From the NCBI GenBank assembly GCA_040954595.2, contig CM082592.2:7985677-8049676 (forward strand): a stretch of DNA of 64,000 nucleotides. Direction: 5' to 3'. The notes under the pieces were generated by a model. That model ran no database searches, was not told the DNA's origin, and was given only the letters and a program-made list of their open reading frames with translations. Positions 39,829 to 54,000 of the stretch are shown here, piece by piece. A program made the position numbers and the translations under genes. Numbering within the stretch: position 1 is the stretch's first letter; each line of letters begins with the position of its first letter. The stretch is from Balanoglossus misakiensis. Lineage: Eukaryota > Animalia > Hemichordata.

Positions 39829-41560
39829 ATATGCTACGACTGTGGGGTTTGCTTGCCTTGCTATAGGCTTCGACTGACTTGCCTATATCGTATCGCCGTA
39901 TCTTAATGAGCTTTGGTAGTTGATTGGCTATTTCGCACGAATCGACCAATCACAGAGCGGTATAGGCGTGTTAGTGGCAACTTACACGACGTATCAGCCA
40001 TAAACAAGGTGTCGGAACGCACAGCGTACTTATGACATTATCACATCAATCGTGCTAAAATGTCAACATAATTAAATATCCACCAATGCAACGCCAAATG
40101 GGAGTAGGGATTGTGGTTTGGTGAACAGGGGGTTACAGCAGTGACTGTCTGCCAGACGAATAAATATTGTCGTTCCGTTCTGCTTTCCACTTCCAAAATT
40201 TACAGTGCGCTCAAAATCAATATACATTCGGCCTGGTGAAAAGTTCTGGAAATTTAAGCCAATATTTGCAGAAAATATAAAATTTCCTCCGGGAAGTAAA
40301 TCCGCAGACGAGGACCTGGATATAGGTTCGTTTTAATTTTGCGCTATTTGTGTGGGCACGCCCACCGCGGGAAACTGGCAGTTGAAGGTGTCAAAATCCA
40401 GTCTGCCATTGTCAACGTGGAACCCGTTTGGTTTACACAGCCGGGGTAGTTCCCCGTTATGTGTCTTCATTCAGTGATTGGGGAACCCCTTCGGACGACT
40501 AGTGGCGATACCAGCGACGGCGGAGAAGGACGGGCGCAAATTCGGGTCCCGAATTTCGTGGGAGCCGGGCCGGTCATATTTATGCCTTTTATTGGAGGCG
40601 GGTCGACTAAAAGCGTGAAAATGACGAGCGGAACATCTAAAGTGATTAGCTATTCTAGCATTCCATTTTGACGTAAATGCATAAGTACGGTTGGCGCCAG
40701 TCGTGTGACGACACACAATGAAGAGCGTCTGGTATCAGTTTTCATTCACTAAAATATGTTTTGGCCCCAGACTCTGAATACCGCTGTCGCGATACATCAA
40801 GGCAACGCGTCTACGGCCAGCAAGCGGTCATAAAGCGTTACGAAACGCCTGTCATTTTTGATGGATGACCAAAGCAGGGAAATTGGAGAGACATATTTTG
40901 CATCTCTTGATCAGAATGCTACTTTCGAAGCGGTTTTCGACCATATTGCACGCGGCACTGCCGCATCCACCGGCGTCGAAATGCATTGTTCAGGGCTCAA
41001 GTTCACAGACTACCGCCTTACTGATTGAGTTGCCACTTTGGCTCCGTTATTCTTCGCTGTATTTTTAGCTACGAAACGCGTCCGTAGCTGAAAAATAATA
41101 TGAAAATTCGTGAACAATACATTCCCTCTACCCCAATATGCTTGTTAGTCAGCTCTGGGCTCCAACTCGATTGATTTATTTCGAGATTAATACAGCGCGG
41201 TTCTCTGGCCAAGATACCCGACGTCTGCACACTGTGACTGTACGAGGACTAAAGGCTAACGCTGGTGACACCACTTTTGTGTTGGCTGTCTCATGTTTGT
41301 TCGAGAAAAAAGGCTATTACCTATAATTAGTCCGTTGACAGACAGTTTTTCCACAGCCGCTCCACCCTAAACCAATCGGCTATGCGCTTGCGATAATTGC
41401 TGTTGACGAGCTAAAGTGTTAACATAATTAATAAGCGCCAGTGAAAACGCGTGAGGTGTGAAGGTTCTTTGTGGGGTAGCACGCCGCCTATTCAGGCTAC
41501 ATACGCGCTAAATCGTACTGGCGCCAGTAGCATATTGAGTGATTAATTTCAAGGAAAACA
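39829..41560 (-). promoter_or_regulatory. Tbx2/3 5'UTR and proximal promoter region (TSS not locatable)
   Basis: Immediately upstream of the ATG. Contains CCAAT-like, GGCGCC and T-box half-site motifs (AGGTGTCAA 40386-40394, AGGTGTGAA 41454-41462). Confidence 0.4.
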
Positions 41561-44500
41561 TATGGGAATAGCAAATGATTTTCCCCCGGAATATTTTATG
41601 CGCCTTGCCATTGTTTCAGGCTGCCAAGGCGTCAGGCGTTTCGAACCTACGGTGGGAGTCACTTCGATCGAACAAGGGAAAGACGTGCCCGGTCAGACGG
41701 TGTACGCCGTGTCCCCGACGACAGTTTTTCCGTGTCGCGCGTTGTCGGCGACTGTTGTGGGCGGAGATTGGCGCGGACTAGCTACAAGTAAACACCTCTG
41801 TTTTGTGTGGTCTGTTTACGGACGTTTATGTAATCGCTCGGGTTGGTTTTCGGAGCGTCTGAAATCGTCTACTTGCTTGAAGTGGTCACAGATATTTTGT
41901 GCGATAAAAAAGCGCACACAAAAAAACTTATCCCCCGTATCGAGTGATGTCTCCCAGAAGTTCTCGTGAACACGACTATTTGAGCCCGCCCTCTACCTTG
42001 CATTTTTCACGGCATCTTAGTCATTGTGTACACCCGAGGTTTGTTTACCGGGAGAAAGGCGCTAACTTGTCGCTTTATTCATGTTTCGAAATGATACCTC
42101 GGTGAAAAAGCTCTCAACAATTTTCGCAGCCAGCGTGTCTGATCCCATACTTACTTGACGAACAAAAGTGTCAGGCCACTTTTAGCAGTTTTTGAGGTGG
42201 TGAACAACAGTCAAAGGGGCCTTTGTTGTTTCATCAATTTCTCCTTGTTGCCTTTGTACTGTCTGCTTGTCCGATCGATCTACCCCATAAGCACATAATA
42301 CTCGGTGCCTTCGAGATAGCAGTTCCGAGGGAGAGAGAGAAAAGCGATGACCACTATCCTGGCCAGTTGGAACACTCCTTCGAGATTGTGGTGATTGTGT
42401 GTGTAGTTTCTCACTCTCTGAGAACCGGAAGCGGTCTTATTATTCCGGTTTTGCTTCAGAAAACAACCTCCCACAGGAAACAAAGCTGTGATGTGATGAG
42501 TTATATACAAGCACAGTCAAGTGTGTTTAGGTTTTTGAATCGTTGTGTCAAAGAAGAGAGACAGAGAAAAAAAAACACGATTAACTAAAATAAGACTGTT
42601 GGAGAGTTTGCCATGTACACACTATCACCATCTTATGTCTGCCAAATCATCTTCAGCGGAGATCAGTTTATGTACAGACAAAAATACATTTATTTTGCAG
42701 CCATCCAGGACAACCTCGATGAACATCGATACAAATTAATTCTTATTGAAGAATTGTCTGCGTTTTTATGTGTATTTCAGCGCAAGATGCCACCTGCACA
42801 CAAAAATAGTGTTGAAAAATATAAAAATGTTCACAATTACGACATTAACTGCATGCTGTAGGAGAATAGTTAGTGCTGCAGATGTTGGCTCCAAACCTCC
42901 CCGACAGTTAAAGTAGTGTTTTTAAAGTTGTCGGGGGAAAGATACAGCAGGGCATGTAAGTGCGTTGAATGGGGCCTGTATACGCGGCGACTACATATTC
43001 ATGTTCCCAAGCACATTCACAACAGGCTGAGTACGTTTGAAATATGGTCCATAGAAATGAGATCAATGTTTGCTGTTCAGTTGTTAATTCGGCGCCAGGA
43101 CCTCTTACGGAATCACTCCGTATAAAGATAGCCGTGCTAAAAGGCGCTCTCTCACCAAACTGCACATTTCGTCGGGTGACAAATGAGCTCGGAGCCCCTT
43201 TGCCACGTTCTTGAGTTGACAAAGTAATAGATTATAGAAGGTGTGTGCCTTGTATAGGTCGGCTCGTCGGCCGGGAGGGGGGGGGGGAACTTCGCAACCG
43301 ATTTGTTCGCACGTAAGCGGTCAGCCACCGCCGTGTATCCGAACACAAGACACAGGTGGCGGGGAGGGGGGACCGGTCGACTCCTCCCGCGCGTCCTCGG
43401 AGACGCCCTCCGGACGACCGTCAGCGCGGGAGTTCCCAGACGTTCCGGAAGCCCGGCGTCACGTGACAGCGTCGGCCCACATGCGGCGAAGACAGGAAGG
43501 GGATAGCGGTTCGAAATAAAAGCACTTCAGAAAAAAGAAGGTGTTTGTACACAAGCTAACAATTCTGTTTACTGCACCCGATAACAAGGAGAAGCGAAAG
43601 ATACGATCTCGACACTTGCCACCTCTCCGCGTCTCGTTTCCTCACTTTAAAAGTATGTTACGAACTTTTTTTCTTTTCTTTTTTTTTTGCAAACGAGAAC
43701 ACGTCAAGCCACCTACTCATCTACAGCATTTGAAGTGCGGGCCTGCCAGTCTAGACCAGTTCAAGTGACAGCGACTCGCACTAGAACGGGATATAACAAC
43801 AGCCCTTGATCCGAAATTTCGGTTGAATATGAGCTGTTCATCGCCTTTTGATGAACACCTACTAGTTTAAACAATTTTATGCGCAGTAAATTTTCTCCCA
43901 AACCTAAAAACATGTTTCGCAGCAAAAATGCATGAGCTTTTGTGTTGATATGTTGATATATACAGCAATATCGCATAGCTTTTATTTTCAGTGTCATTAT
44001 ACACGTAACAACCACTCATATCCGAAGTTCTACACACTGAACGAGGAATTTATATGGTCGCAAAATATGTACCTTTTGTAATGCATTACAGACATCAAAA
44101 GAAACGAAAGAATATCTGTTGCCGTCACCGAAAACTAAAATTACCTATTAGGTTATATCTATATGCGCCATTGGGACAAAAAATTGCCAATGTCAAAAGC
44201 GTCACATCGTTATCTTTTTTTGTATGTGTGTCGCTTGAGTATTTATTTATTGTCGCTCTTTAACACCCATTGAAGTGTATGGGGTTGATATTTATGTATT
44301 TACTTATTTATTTATTAATTAATAGACAGTCTAGTTCACGTCACGGCAAACCATTTGAAGGTTCAATTCAACCTTGATTCACTGACTTGTCCAGCGTCTG
44401 CGTGATTTCGAGACTGTGAGTCCACTGGTGGTCCGTCGAACCCCGACTTGGGGTCTCTTCCAGTCGTCCCAGAAACCGACTCACGCGCGCGGTAGCGGCA

Positions 44501-47500
44501 TTCTCTCAGTCCGCCTGAAAATGTAGAGGCATGCCCTCCCTTTGGAAAAATATATAATAAAACACAGAATGTAATACTTTTCGGAGACAGCAAAAAAATC
44601 CGTTTGCCCGCAAGCACGACGACTGCTATTATGCACATTTGCCCCGTAGTCCCCTGACACGTTCGTCGTTCATTCAGCGCACAATGGATCGCTCAACACT
44701 CGCATTTTTCTTTCTTTTCACGGCGACCATACCGGGGTGTAATATATTATGAAGTTTTCTTAGATGCGACTGTAATTTCATACCGCTTATATGAATTGAT
44801 ACCAGTCCGTGCATAACCTAGGGCTAGCGTGGTTGTCTGTCTGTCCCTCCCTCCGCCTGTCTGTCTGTCTCGTTGCATATAGATAGTTGATCGGCGCGCA
44901 TCCGTATTCAGTTTTGCACAATTGCCGCGTTGAAGTCAACAGATGGTTCTGATGTAAGCCGGTTCGCATTACCATTCCTGTGGCGTGGTTTCCAAGCAAA
45001 AACAAAATGATAATTTGATTTTTCTTTTGGACGCCTGCAGTTTTCATAAATCTATACAGACTCCATTACCAATTTCGCTGCATTGTTTTTAGCGTACGCA
45101 GCAAAGTTGACACCAACATCTTGTATTAAAACTTCTGAACAAAAAGAAAGGTGACAAACCACATTTAAAACGTTGTTTTCTGTCAATGGAAAATCGCATC
45201 GATTGCGCAGACAAGTACAAAGCATAACCTCAAATCAACGCACTGACACTGAAATGACAATGGTCTTGACAGTAATGGGTCAGACGTGGTCGGGTGAGAA
45301 CGGCTGTGACCAAATCGCAGCTTATAGTTGAATGTCAGTTCTGAGCTTGTCTCCTCTGAAAGACGGGTTTATACAGAAAATACAGCGCATTGAATATCGC
45401 ACCGGTCCGGCACTTCGAACGATGAGGGCCCCTTTCAGATCGCAAACGCTGACGCCGCTGAAGCCAAAAACGTGTGATCACTCCCGAGGAAGAATCTATG
45501 GGGGGATTCGAAAGTCGTGCCAACTATACAGTGCATGTATCCTGATTTCAGGCGCGGGGTTAGCTAGGATACACGCGCAGGGAGAGGCGAGGGTAAACCA
45601 ATTTCATGAGCGCAGTCTTCAAACATACTGAATTCTGAGATTTTCAGAAAACGGAAGACATTGCGTCTGCATAGCACGGAAAATCGCACAACTGCAAAAC
45701 TAAAGAACACCAAACTAAAATCTGTTTAAGGTTTAGAGAAGGGGATGGCGAAAAAACACGGACCGCGTTTGGAGTTTTTACAAATCAGAGTGGACCGTTC
45801 GAATGATTTTTTAGTATAAAGTATTTACTTCTCCGCTGTAACCCAGAGACGCTCAAACAAAAGCTATTAATACGAAACGGGGATGGGATCAGATCGGGGA
45901 CGATTTAGAATAATGAAGGGTTTGCAAGATGCACATTTATCTATTTATACTCTCACTAAGGTTCCACGGGTTAATAGCATTCTTTGTGGAAAATTGTGAG
46001 CTTTTTAAACATCTGCCCCGAAGGCACGGGTCTCAATGACGAAAACGCCAATAAATCTCAACACTGATAATATTAGTTGACGGCAAAATGCTCAGATAGA
46101 TAAAGACGTTTTAATTGTTGGCTCAACGGGAAAGCTCGCAAACTGTAAAATTATCTGTCTTCCTGGTCGAATACAGAGCCATCCCCCTCCCCTTAAAAAA
46201 GGAAACACCACAATACACACATTTCAGTGCACGCACAGAAAAATATACACGTCGGGTGGACAGCCCTAGCTGGTGAAATTTTAACAGCTTGAACTCACCA
46301 GAAACACAACAATCAGCGTCGGGCGTGCGGAAATGTACAGATTATCCTAAAATACCTGAATTTATGTGGCGTTCGTCAGAGACAGGTTTTGGGAGAAACT
46401 GGAAGACTAGGGCTTGGAGACAATTCCCCCGAGGCGATGCGGGGTTAACGAGCCCTCCCCACAGGCGCTCCGATGAGAAAAAAGTGAATTTATATTCTTC
46501 GCCCATTACCCCCTACAGAACTTCTCTACTTTTGCGCTCCTTCGGTCCAGGTTTGAAATATAAATTTGGGTGATTTCGGCAAGGAAATAGCCCTGTTTTA
46601 GTGTTGCCTGTCCCAATTTAAAAGCTCTTTTGATTTATGTTAAATTTCATCGAAGGTAAAAATCGAGGCGAGCTCCTGACAACGACAGAAAGACATGTCA
46701 GAAAGATAACATTGCTAGCCTGTCTGTGATGGTCAAACTAAGTGAGTCACACGAAACTCGACTTCTCTGTATTTAAATCCCGAATCCAGAATTTGATCTA
46801 TTTTTTACTCCCGACTTTGCCGCCTTAAACGGTATTACATGTATCGGTTTTTACAAAATCCCCGGGCATACTTTGAACCGAAGCGGTTACTCTGTGTGTG
46901 AGGCTGGTTTCCACAAATTGCTACCATCGCCATTTACTGCAATTTTCTTAAACACGACATTTCCCCTTGAAATATCTCACTTTAGAGAAGAAATGTGAAG
47001 GTAAGAGTGGATTTTTGTTTGGTTGTTTTGTTTTGCTTTTTGAGTTAGGGCAGTTCCCGGACTATATACAGCAGACGTCTACACCATGCAAGTCTTATAT
47101 TCAAGTTCCTGGATCTGCACAAGACCAAATCTTTGATTTTTAGTATGCTGTCGATTTTTCACGCGCTTTTACGTGTTCAAAGTACCAGAACTTGTTATTT
47201 TTCTTCCGAGGGATCAAATAATCGGTATTTTACTACTCGAGCACTGTATTCGACACCGTCTCAGGCTAACGGTTGTCTACATGTCGCGGCAGTTACGCAC
47301 AAAGGGAACGCGTTTCCTGTTTTTGAACTAGGTGAGGGAAAAATACAACAGCGAGTCGCGGGTGCTGACAAAAAACACCACAAAGAAAATTACAACGGCT
47401 AGTACATTTTGTGAACCGCAATTGATGTCGTGTGCAATAACTCCAAGTCGTAAAAATTCCGAATGACAAAAGTCACTTTTATACAGATGAAAACCCTCGC

Positions 47501-50500
47501 TCTGTAATTCGCCCTTTATCAACGGGAGTTGGATCTTCAATACTCATGCAGATGCAAAGTAGCGACGAGCTGTTCTCAAGTTGGAACATGTAGTAGTCAG
47601 TTGGGACCGTGAAACCATATAACATCCACTGAATTGAAAAAAAAAATCTTCAAATCATTCGCGTGACGCAAGGCGGTGACGCGCTCAAGATTAATACTTA
47701 GCGATCGCGAACACCGAACTCCGGGAGCTTGCATTGTCCGTAGAAAGTGTTTGGTTCGGTCACGAGACCTTTGACTTGAAGGAGAAGAAGCCGGGTCGGT
47801 GCAGGGTCGATATATGTTGCCGTGAGCTACCCCTCTCTCGAATCTCGCAAGGAGAACGGGCGGACAATGTGTAAATTTACGCAGAGTGTCTTGTACCCAC
47901 TCGTAAAGTAACAACAGTTGAAAAGGTCTGGTATAATTATTAGATAAATCACCGCACAACGCAGGGTTTTTTTTAGGAGAGGCCTTGTGGAACAAGGCAA
48001 CGCCTTGTGGGCGCAACAGGCGAGTGGGCCTGGAATTTATGGCACTCCAATGTCGTGACTTAAGACTGCCAGCGCCCGAGTGGCGACACGTGTGTCCACA
48101 CCAGACGGGGTAACCACGCAACGGACGCCTGGCAGCAGAAATGCGGAGAGGTAGATGATGGAGTAGGGACACAATGGACATAAACAAATATTTAGAATAA
48201 TTGTCAGTCAAAATGGAGTACGAGAGCTCGGCTTGACACACTCCAACGCGCAGACTCAAAAGGGTCCCAAACACGGTCAGTTTATCAATATTGTGGAGGG
48301 TGCTTTTGTTAATGGGCTCCGATCAAGGTCACGGGACGCCCCAGACGATAAATTTCGGTGCTGTTCCGCTCGCCGAAATGTTAGACCCGTGTCGAGTAGC
48401 ATAATGAATCCTAAGGAGGCACATTTGTCTGGAAAACTCAGGTAGATGTGGTATGCTACCTTTTAAATGAAGTAAACAGGGCTATCTATTGATCGTCCAT
48501 TGATTGATCGATTAGTTACGGAGCCTGGGCGGTGGAATGAGTGACTGAACGGGGTTTGCTCACTGGTCGATTAGCACAATCATTTAATTGAACTTAGATG
48601 AGTGATCTATATTAAAAAGCTATCTGTTTGGAGATACGGACTGACAAGGTCAAATCAAAAGGTTACAACTTGATTGGCTGCCGGGACAGTCTCGCCGACT
48701 TGATTGTCTTATCGCAACTTCGTGATTGATTGGGCGATTTAAGCGCCTACACCTTAATTTGTTTGTTTTTATTTTTTGTGGCTTATGAACGCAGTCCCTT
48801 CACCCTGCTTATCTCGAGAGTGTCGCCAACGGCACATAAAAAAGTGTGATTTTAACACTTACACAAACAGTTGGTTGCTATCTACGGTATCAGGCAACGA
48901 TCGAGATTGGCGGCACTAGTCACTAGGGCGACAGGTGCGCGTTACCTGTCTGGCCGCCACTGGGACCCAGACTTCGAAACGTGTGTTCGATAAACTACCT
49001 GCATAGTAGCCCGGAGTTGGCTGCCTCAGTCTGATTACAAAGATTCTTTTTTCTTCAAAACAGCAACTAGTCAACGAAAAAATATCGGTACACTGCCTGG
49101 GAATGTTTTGTGGTTAACAAATTTTCCGCGCCAATCTGGTTGATGCGCTAAGTCCTATGGGACTGTACGTATGGACGAACGCCCAGTCTGGGACGAGCAC
49201 ACCATGGTTACCACTTCAACTTTCTTTCTTCAAATTTTCAACATTTCTACTCTCTCTAGCTCTCCCCAAAGTAGTATAGCAAAGAATATCGAAGGCAATT
49301 GCTAGAAGTTTTGGGGTAAACATAATTTTTAAGTTCTGTGTATCGCGGGGCTTTGAGAAATCCGGTTTGTACTGACACACGGCAGTCAATGCCGGGCGAG
49401 TCGACACATTACTAGTATTACCATTATTGGGCATTCATACGAGCTCGGATATATGTAATCTTTATACATTCGGTGATTGGGAGGATAAGATCGCCGTCTT
49501 TTGACAGCGTTTTTTGTTGTGTTTATTCGGTGACAGGCTGTGCTGGATTGTCCGCGCGATTTCCTCACATCAAGCTGTGGTATATTCGATACTAGTTATC
49601 CTATGAATGACACATGAAGAACACACCTACGTCATTATGGCATATGTTATTACGTCATCGAAATGGACAGATGAGTGGAGTTGCATCTACCAATGGTTAA
49701 TAAAAAAATAGATAAATGCCAACAGATAGAGCTTGGTTTAATTCTGCATATAGGGCGACAATGCTTAGTCAGCGTCTCGCCAGACTTGCTCATTTCAGCT
49801 GTTACTCAGCGTTTTTCAAATTATAGAAATGGTGAAGTGCTTCCCTCCCGTGAAAAGTAGAGTACAGGACCTGTCGTACTTGAGGAACACGGTAACTTCG
49901 TGCATCGACACGAGCAAATCTAACAAACCCAATATTCCCTACAACAGCTGAACACATGAAGCAAATGCGAACTGGCAAAAAAAATTGGCATGAATCGCAG
50001 CAACGCGAGGGGTAACTTTGGTGCGCCTTATATGACTGGCAGTTTTCGTCTTCCAAATCGCTGATTGAAATTTCTGTGCTACTGATGATGAGACGGCCAG
50101 GCATTCGTCTGGTGGGTGTGTTCCCACGTCGCTCCCTGACAATTATCCCAAAAGAGCCGTCGACATTTTCCGCTGAGGAAGCATCGCTAACTCTTCATTT
50201 TAAACTCATTAGAGGATCGTTTACTCGCTCCGTAACGAACGACTTCAAACCCCCGCTTTGTCGTCTAGACGCGGGGTTTCAGAGGGGGAAAAGTCTCGCA
50301 AAGTCGGCGCAGCAATAAAGACGAGAAGCTATACAGCCCCGCCATTGAATGTCTGCTAATATGAGTGCGCTGGAAAACTTCAAAAAAAACCTGGAACAAA
50401 GCAGAGAACGTGCGGCAGAGCCAGTGGAATAGTCTCTTCCTGACGGTAACAGCCGCTTTGTTCTACTCTGGGAACCGCTGTGTTATTACTCTTCGGGAAA

Positions 50501-50919
50501 GTAATAAAATCATGGCAAATGGCTGGAATACGCGACCCCAACTACCGTGACTCAAATTCATATATTTCCTCTTCGGGTTGATACCCCCCTTTCATTCAGT
50601 TGGTTTTTCTTTTTAATTTTAATTCTGGAGTGGGGAACGTGCATTGGGAGAACCCCATAGTTTTCATTCATTAGCGAAAGTCATCGATTATGGTTTCTCA
50701 AAACACAAACGAAAAAGTATAATTATTCAATATTAGCCCGAATGCGACGTGACCGCCGGAATATCGATCGGCACCAAGCAGGCGCCTATATGAAAATATC
50801 AAGGCATAATGGTAATGAAAAGCACATAATTGGCGCTTTCCGTGGAGACAGCAATTTTGATGGAATTTTGGCGCGCATAATTTCTTGACATTGTCGTTTG
50901 TGTGCCGATGCGTGGAAAA

Positions 50920-51022
50920 GAGAGTGTGTGTATGTATTGTGTGTGTGCGAGAGAGAGAGAGAGAGGGGGAGAGAGAGAGGGGGGAGGGGAGAGAGATAGT
51001 GTGTATGTGAGAGACAGAGAGA
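50920..51022. repeat. Compound (GT)n/(GA)n microsatellite
   Basis: Read directly from the sequence. Confidence 0.9.
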
Positions 51023-54000
51023 TGAGTTAGAATGCCTGTCCTTTGTATTAGGTCATATGTGTCCATCCCCGATCATGTTAATATTTTGTCTGTTACCGCC
51101 AGCTTAGAGATTTGATAGTGAGCAAAGTACAACAGACCCCAGCGGGAATCCGAAGACAAAAAATGCAAAGCCAAGAAAGAAAGGAACTCGACATATTGTC
51201 GCTACCACCTGACTGGCTACTTTCTGATGTCACAACACTGAAGAGGATGTCATCCCAACTCGGTGTCAGACAAAGCGATGTAAACCTTAGGCTAAAGAGA
51301 CCAAAAATAATAACAAAAAGCATAAAAGTGGGGAACAGTTAGCTTTTCATATTTTGGTATTTTCCCTTTTTGTGCGTCGAAGGTCTGAGAAGAATCGAGG
51401 GAAGCCGTGTACAAAGGATCACCATTCTGGCAATAATACCCCCGCACAATGATTTAAGCTGGCGGCGATTATTACTACATTCACAGCCGGGAGAATTATT
51501 TACGTGGCATAGAAACGGACGCTTATTGACAGGCAAAAGTACTTTGTTCGCCGTGAAAGGGGACAATGTTTCTCCCGGTATTATATAGCGCAGGAAAATT
51601 CCAACAAAGTGGAGAAAATCCGCGCGCACTCAACACAGGCTCACAGCACAACAATCGGGAGACGAATCCCGGTTTGACGTTTGATGACATTTTGACGCAA
51701 GCGATGCCGGGATGTTCCCGCGTCAGTGCATGACGCGAACGATCAGAACTCGACAGGTAATGCGCGTGAAATCGCAATTTGGATCCGAAACACAATTGGT
51801 GTGCGACTAAATGACGAGAGCAAATTTTTTTTCTGCCCGCGCCATTTTCGTACCGCTGCGTCCAAAATTAAATTACCGAACAACGGTACAGAGAACGGTG
51901 ACCCCCAACAAATTGAACCTCGGCACACGTTTGTACTTTTTCTCCCTTTAATCATGACCGGTTGGTTTCCCTAAATGATATAATTAATAATTACAAATAA
52001 CTTCAGTGTTTTTGTGTCGGTCAACCTTTTATATATTTTTATATATACGCAGCCTTTCTCTGTCGAGTTGAGGCCTGGTGTATTTATAACCAGGAATTTC
52101 TTTTCTCGGAGTATGATGTTATAAATTTCAAACAAGATCCCTTGTCAGAATGACAATGTGTAGGTAGTGCATATTTCGGCTAAAAAGAAATTTATCGTTT
52201 GATAGAGGAGGGTTCTGAGAAGAGTATAATAATCTAACTTGTTGCACGTGACCGTGAAGTTCGCTAATTCCACCTGGTCAACACGGCCCGTGAAATGCAT
52301 TATTGAATCATCTCTCGTCAGCTGAGCGCCAGTCTGGCAAATTGACGTCCTTTGTACCAGCAATCGCCGAACGGATTTGGGGAGGACATAAAGTTGATGA
52401 TACCCACCGCCGTTCTCAGTGTGGGCGACAATTGTGAGCGATCTGGCCGGCGCGCGTTGCTCGTTTGATGGCTGTCGGCAAAATGTTTTATGAACTTGGA
52501 AATGATCGCTCCATGATTTCCGATCGACGTATCGACTTCAAGTTTGGAGTATTAAAGCGGCAGTGTTAAAAGGGGGTTGTTGAGGTGTGGTACTGTGACA
52601 TGAACTTGACGGAAAGACATACAATTTATAAGATACCAACAGCGCCTGACCAGCGTCTACATTTGTGTGAGAAGCGGTCTTTAGAAGACGTTCGAACTGC
52701 AGCATGACGAGGTCGTAAAAAGTAAAGTGTGTTCTGGCCTCTAAAAGTTTATCACCTTGTCATTAATTTTGCCAATTAAAAACATACACGCAATTACATT
52801 CCCCGCTAATTTTTGGTCATCTCGGATTTCATCCACAAAACCGGCCGTTCGACGCCGATCTACAGATCTGTCTTTACTGGGACGCTCGCGATGAAAGGCG
52901 GACGCAAGAAACAGCTGTTGAACAATGAAACGCGCATCTAATGAATTTAACTGGCGAGCCCCAGCGTGTTACGACGCGCGCCATTCGTCCGGGAAGTGCA
53001 ACTCTAAACGCGGGAATGTGCCATCCCACCAGGGCCAGAGAGCGCCGCGGCTCAAAAGCATGCCGCATCACTTAAAACATCGACGATCTCGTCAAACGTG
53101 GGCAATTAAAGCCGAATTGCATAACAAGGCTCACCAGCGCTCTGACAAATATACATTTGATTGAACGGGAGTTCCGCAAAGTCGGCTTCTGTAAAAAAGG
53201 AAAGACTGGCTCATTCCGGAGAGACTCTCCCAAAACGGAAACAATAAACGAATCGTAAAGTGGAAAAACTGTTGTCCCGGACAGAGTCACTAGGGAAACT
53301 GTTGCGTGCCAGCGCCATTCGTGAAAATACGCTCAATTTTCTCTCACTGAAAATTACATGTAGTATAAAAGCCGCATTTTTTTCAGCAAAGGCCGCTGCG
53401 AGACAACTCCAGCGTGACCGTTAATGAACTTTGATTCCAGTCGTCAATAGAGGGCGTTCCAGTACCCGCGGGATATATGGAATTACCCATGAGCACCGCC
53501 ATGCACACTTGGGTACTTGCATTTGCGAATTTATGAAATATCAATATGCATATCATTTTAACTCGATAACAGGGGTCTCTTAGATCAATTCTGCTGCAGG
53601 TACTGAATCAAGCAATCGTTTTCGGAGAGAAAAAAGGACGGGCTTACAAACGTGTCAATGACATCCATTGTAGTTTAATTTGATAGGATGCCGACAACAA
53701 AACATCTTTATGCAAAACATTCATTGTGTAACGACAGTTTATTACAGCTTGTCCCACAGAAAGCCATAATGATGACACCTTGACTATGCATGGGAAAATT
53801 GAACATCATAAAATAACGACTCAAGTACAACGGACGTGTTGTAATTATTGCAAGATCAATACATTATTCGACCTTCATGAAAAGGTTTTTACACCTATGG
53901 AGCTATCGAAATAACTAAACAATAAAGAAACGACCCAGTCACACGTGAAAAAAACAATACGAGAAGGCTTAATTGAGCACCAAACTTGCCAGTGGCAGAT

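Noticed and set aside
39536-39949. 137-aa alternative-frame ORF overlapping exon 1 (possible uORF)
   Set aside because: Non-ATG start and no independent support.
41062-41094. 12-bp hairpin tttttagctacg/cgtagctgaaaa resembling an intrinsic terminator
   Set aside because: Eukaryotic context and short enough to occur by chance.
47597-48274. 225-aa minus-strand ORF
   Set aside because: Non-ATG start, no recognisable domain, random-looking composition.
53443-53458. CTCF-like caatagagggcg (similar motifs near 9818 and 41987)
   Set aside because: Partial matches only; cannot be scored without a PWM.
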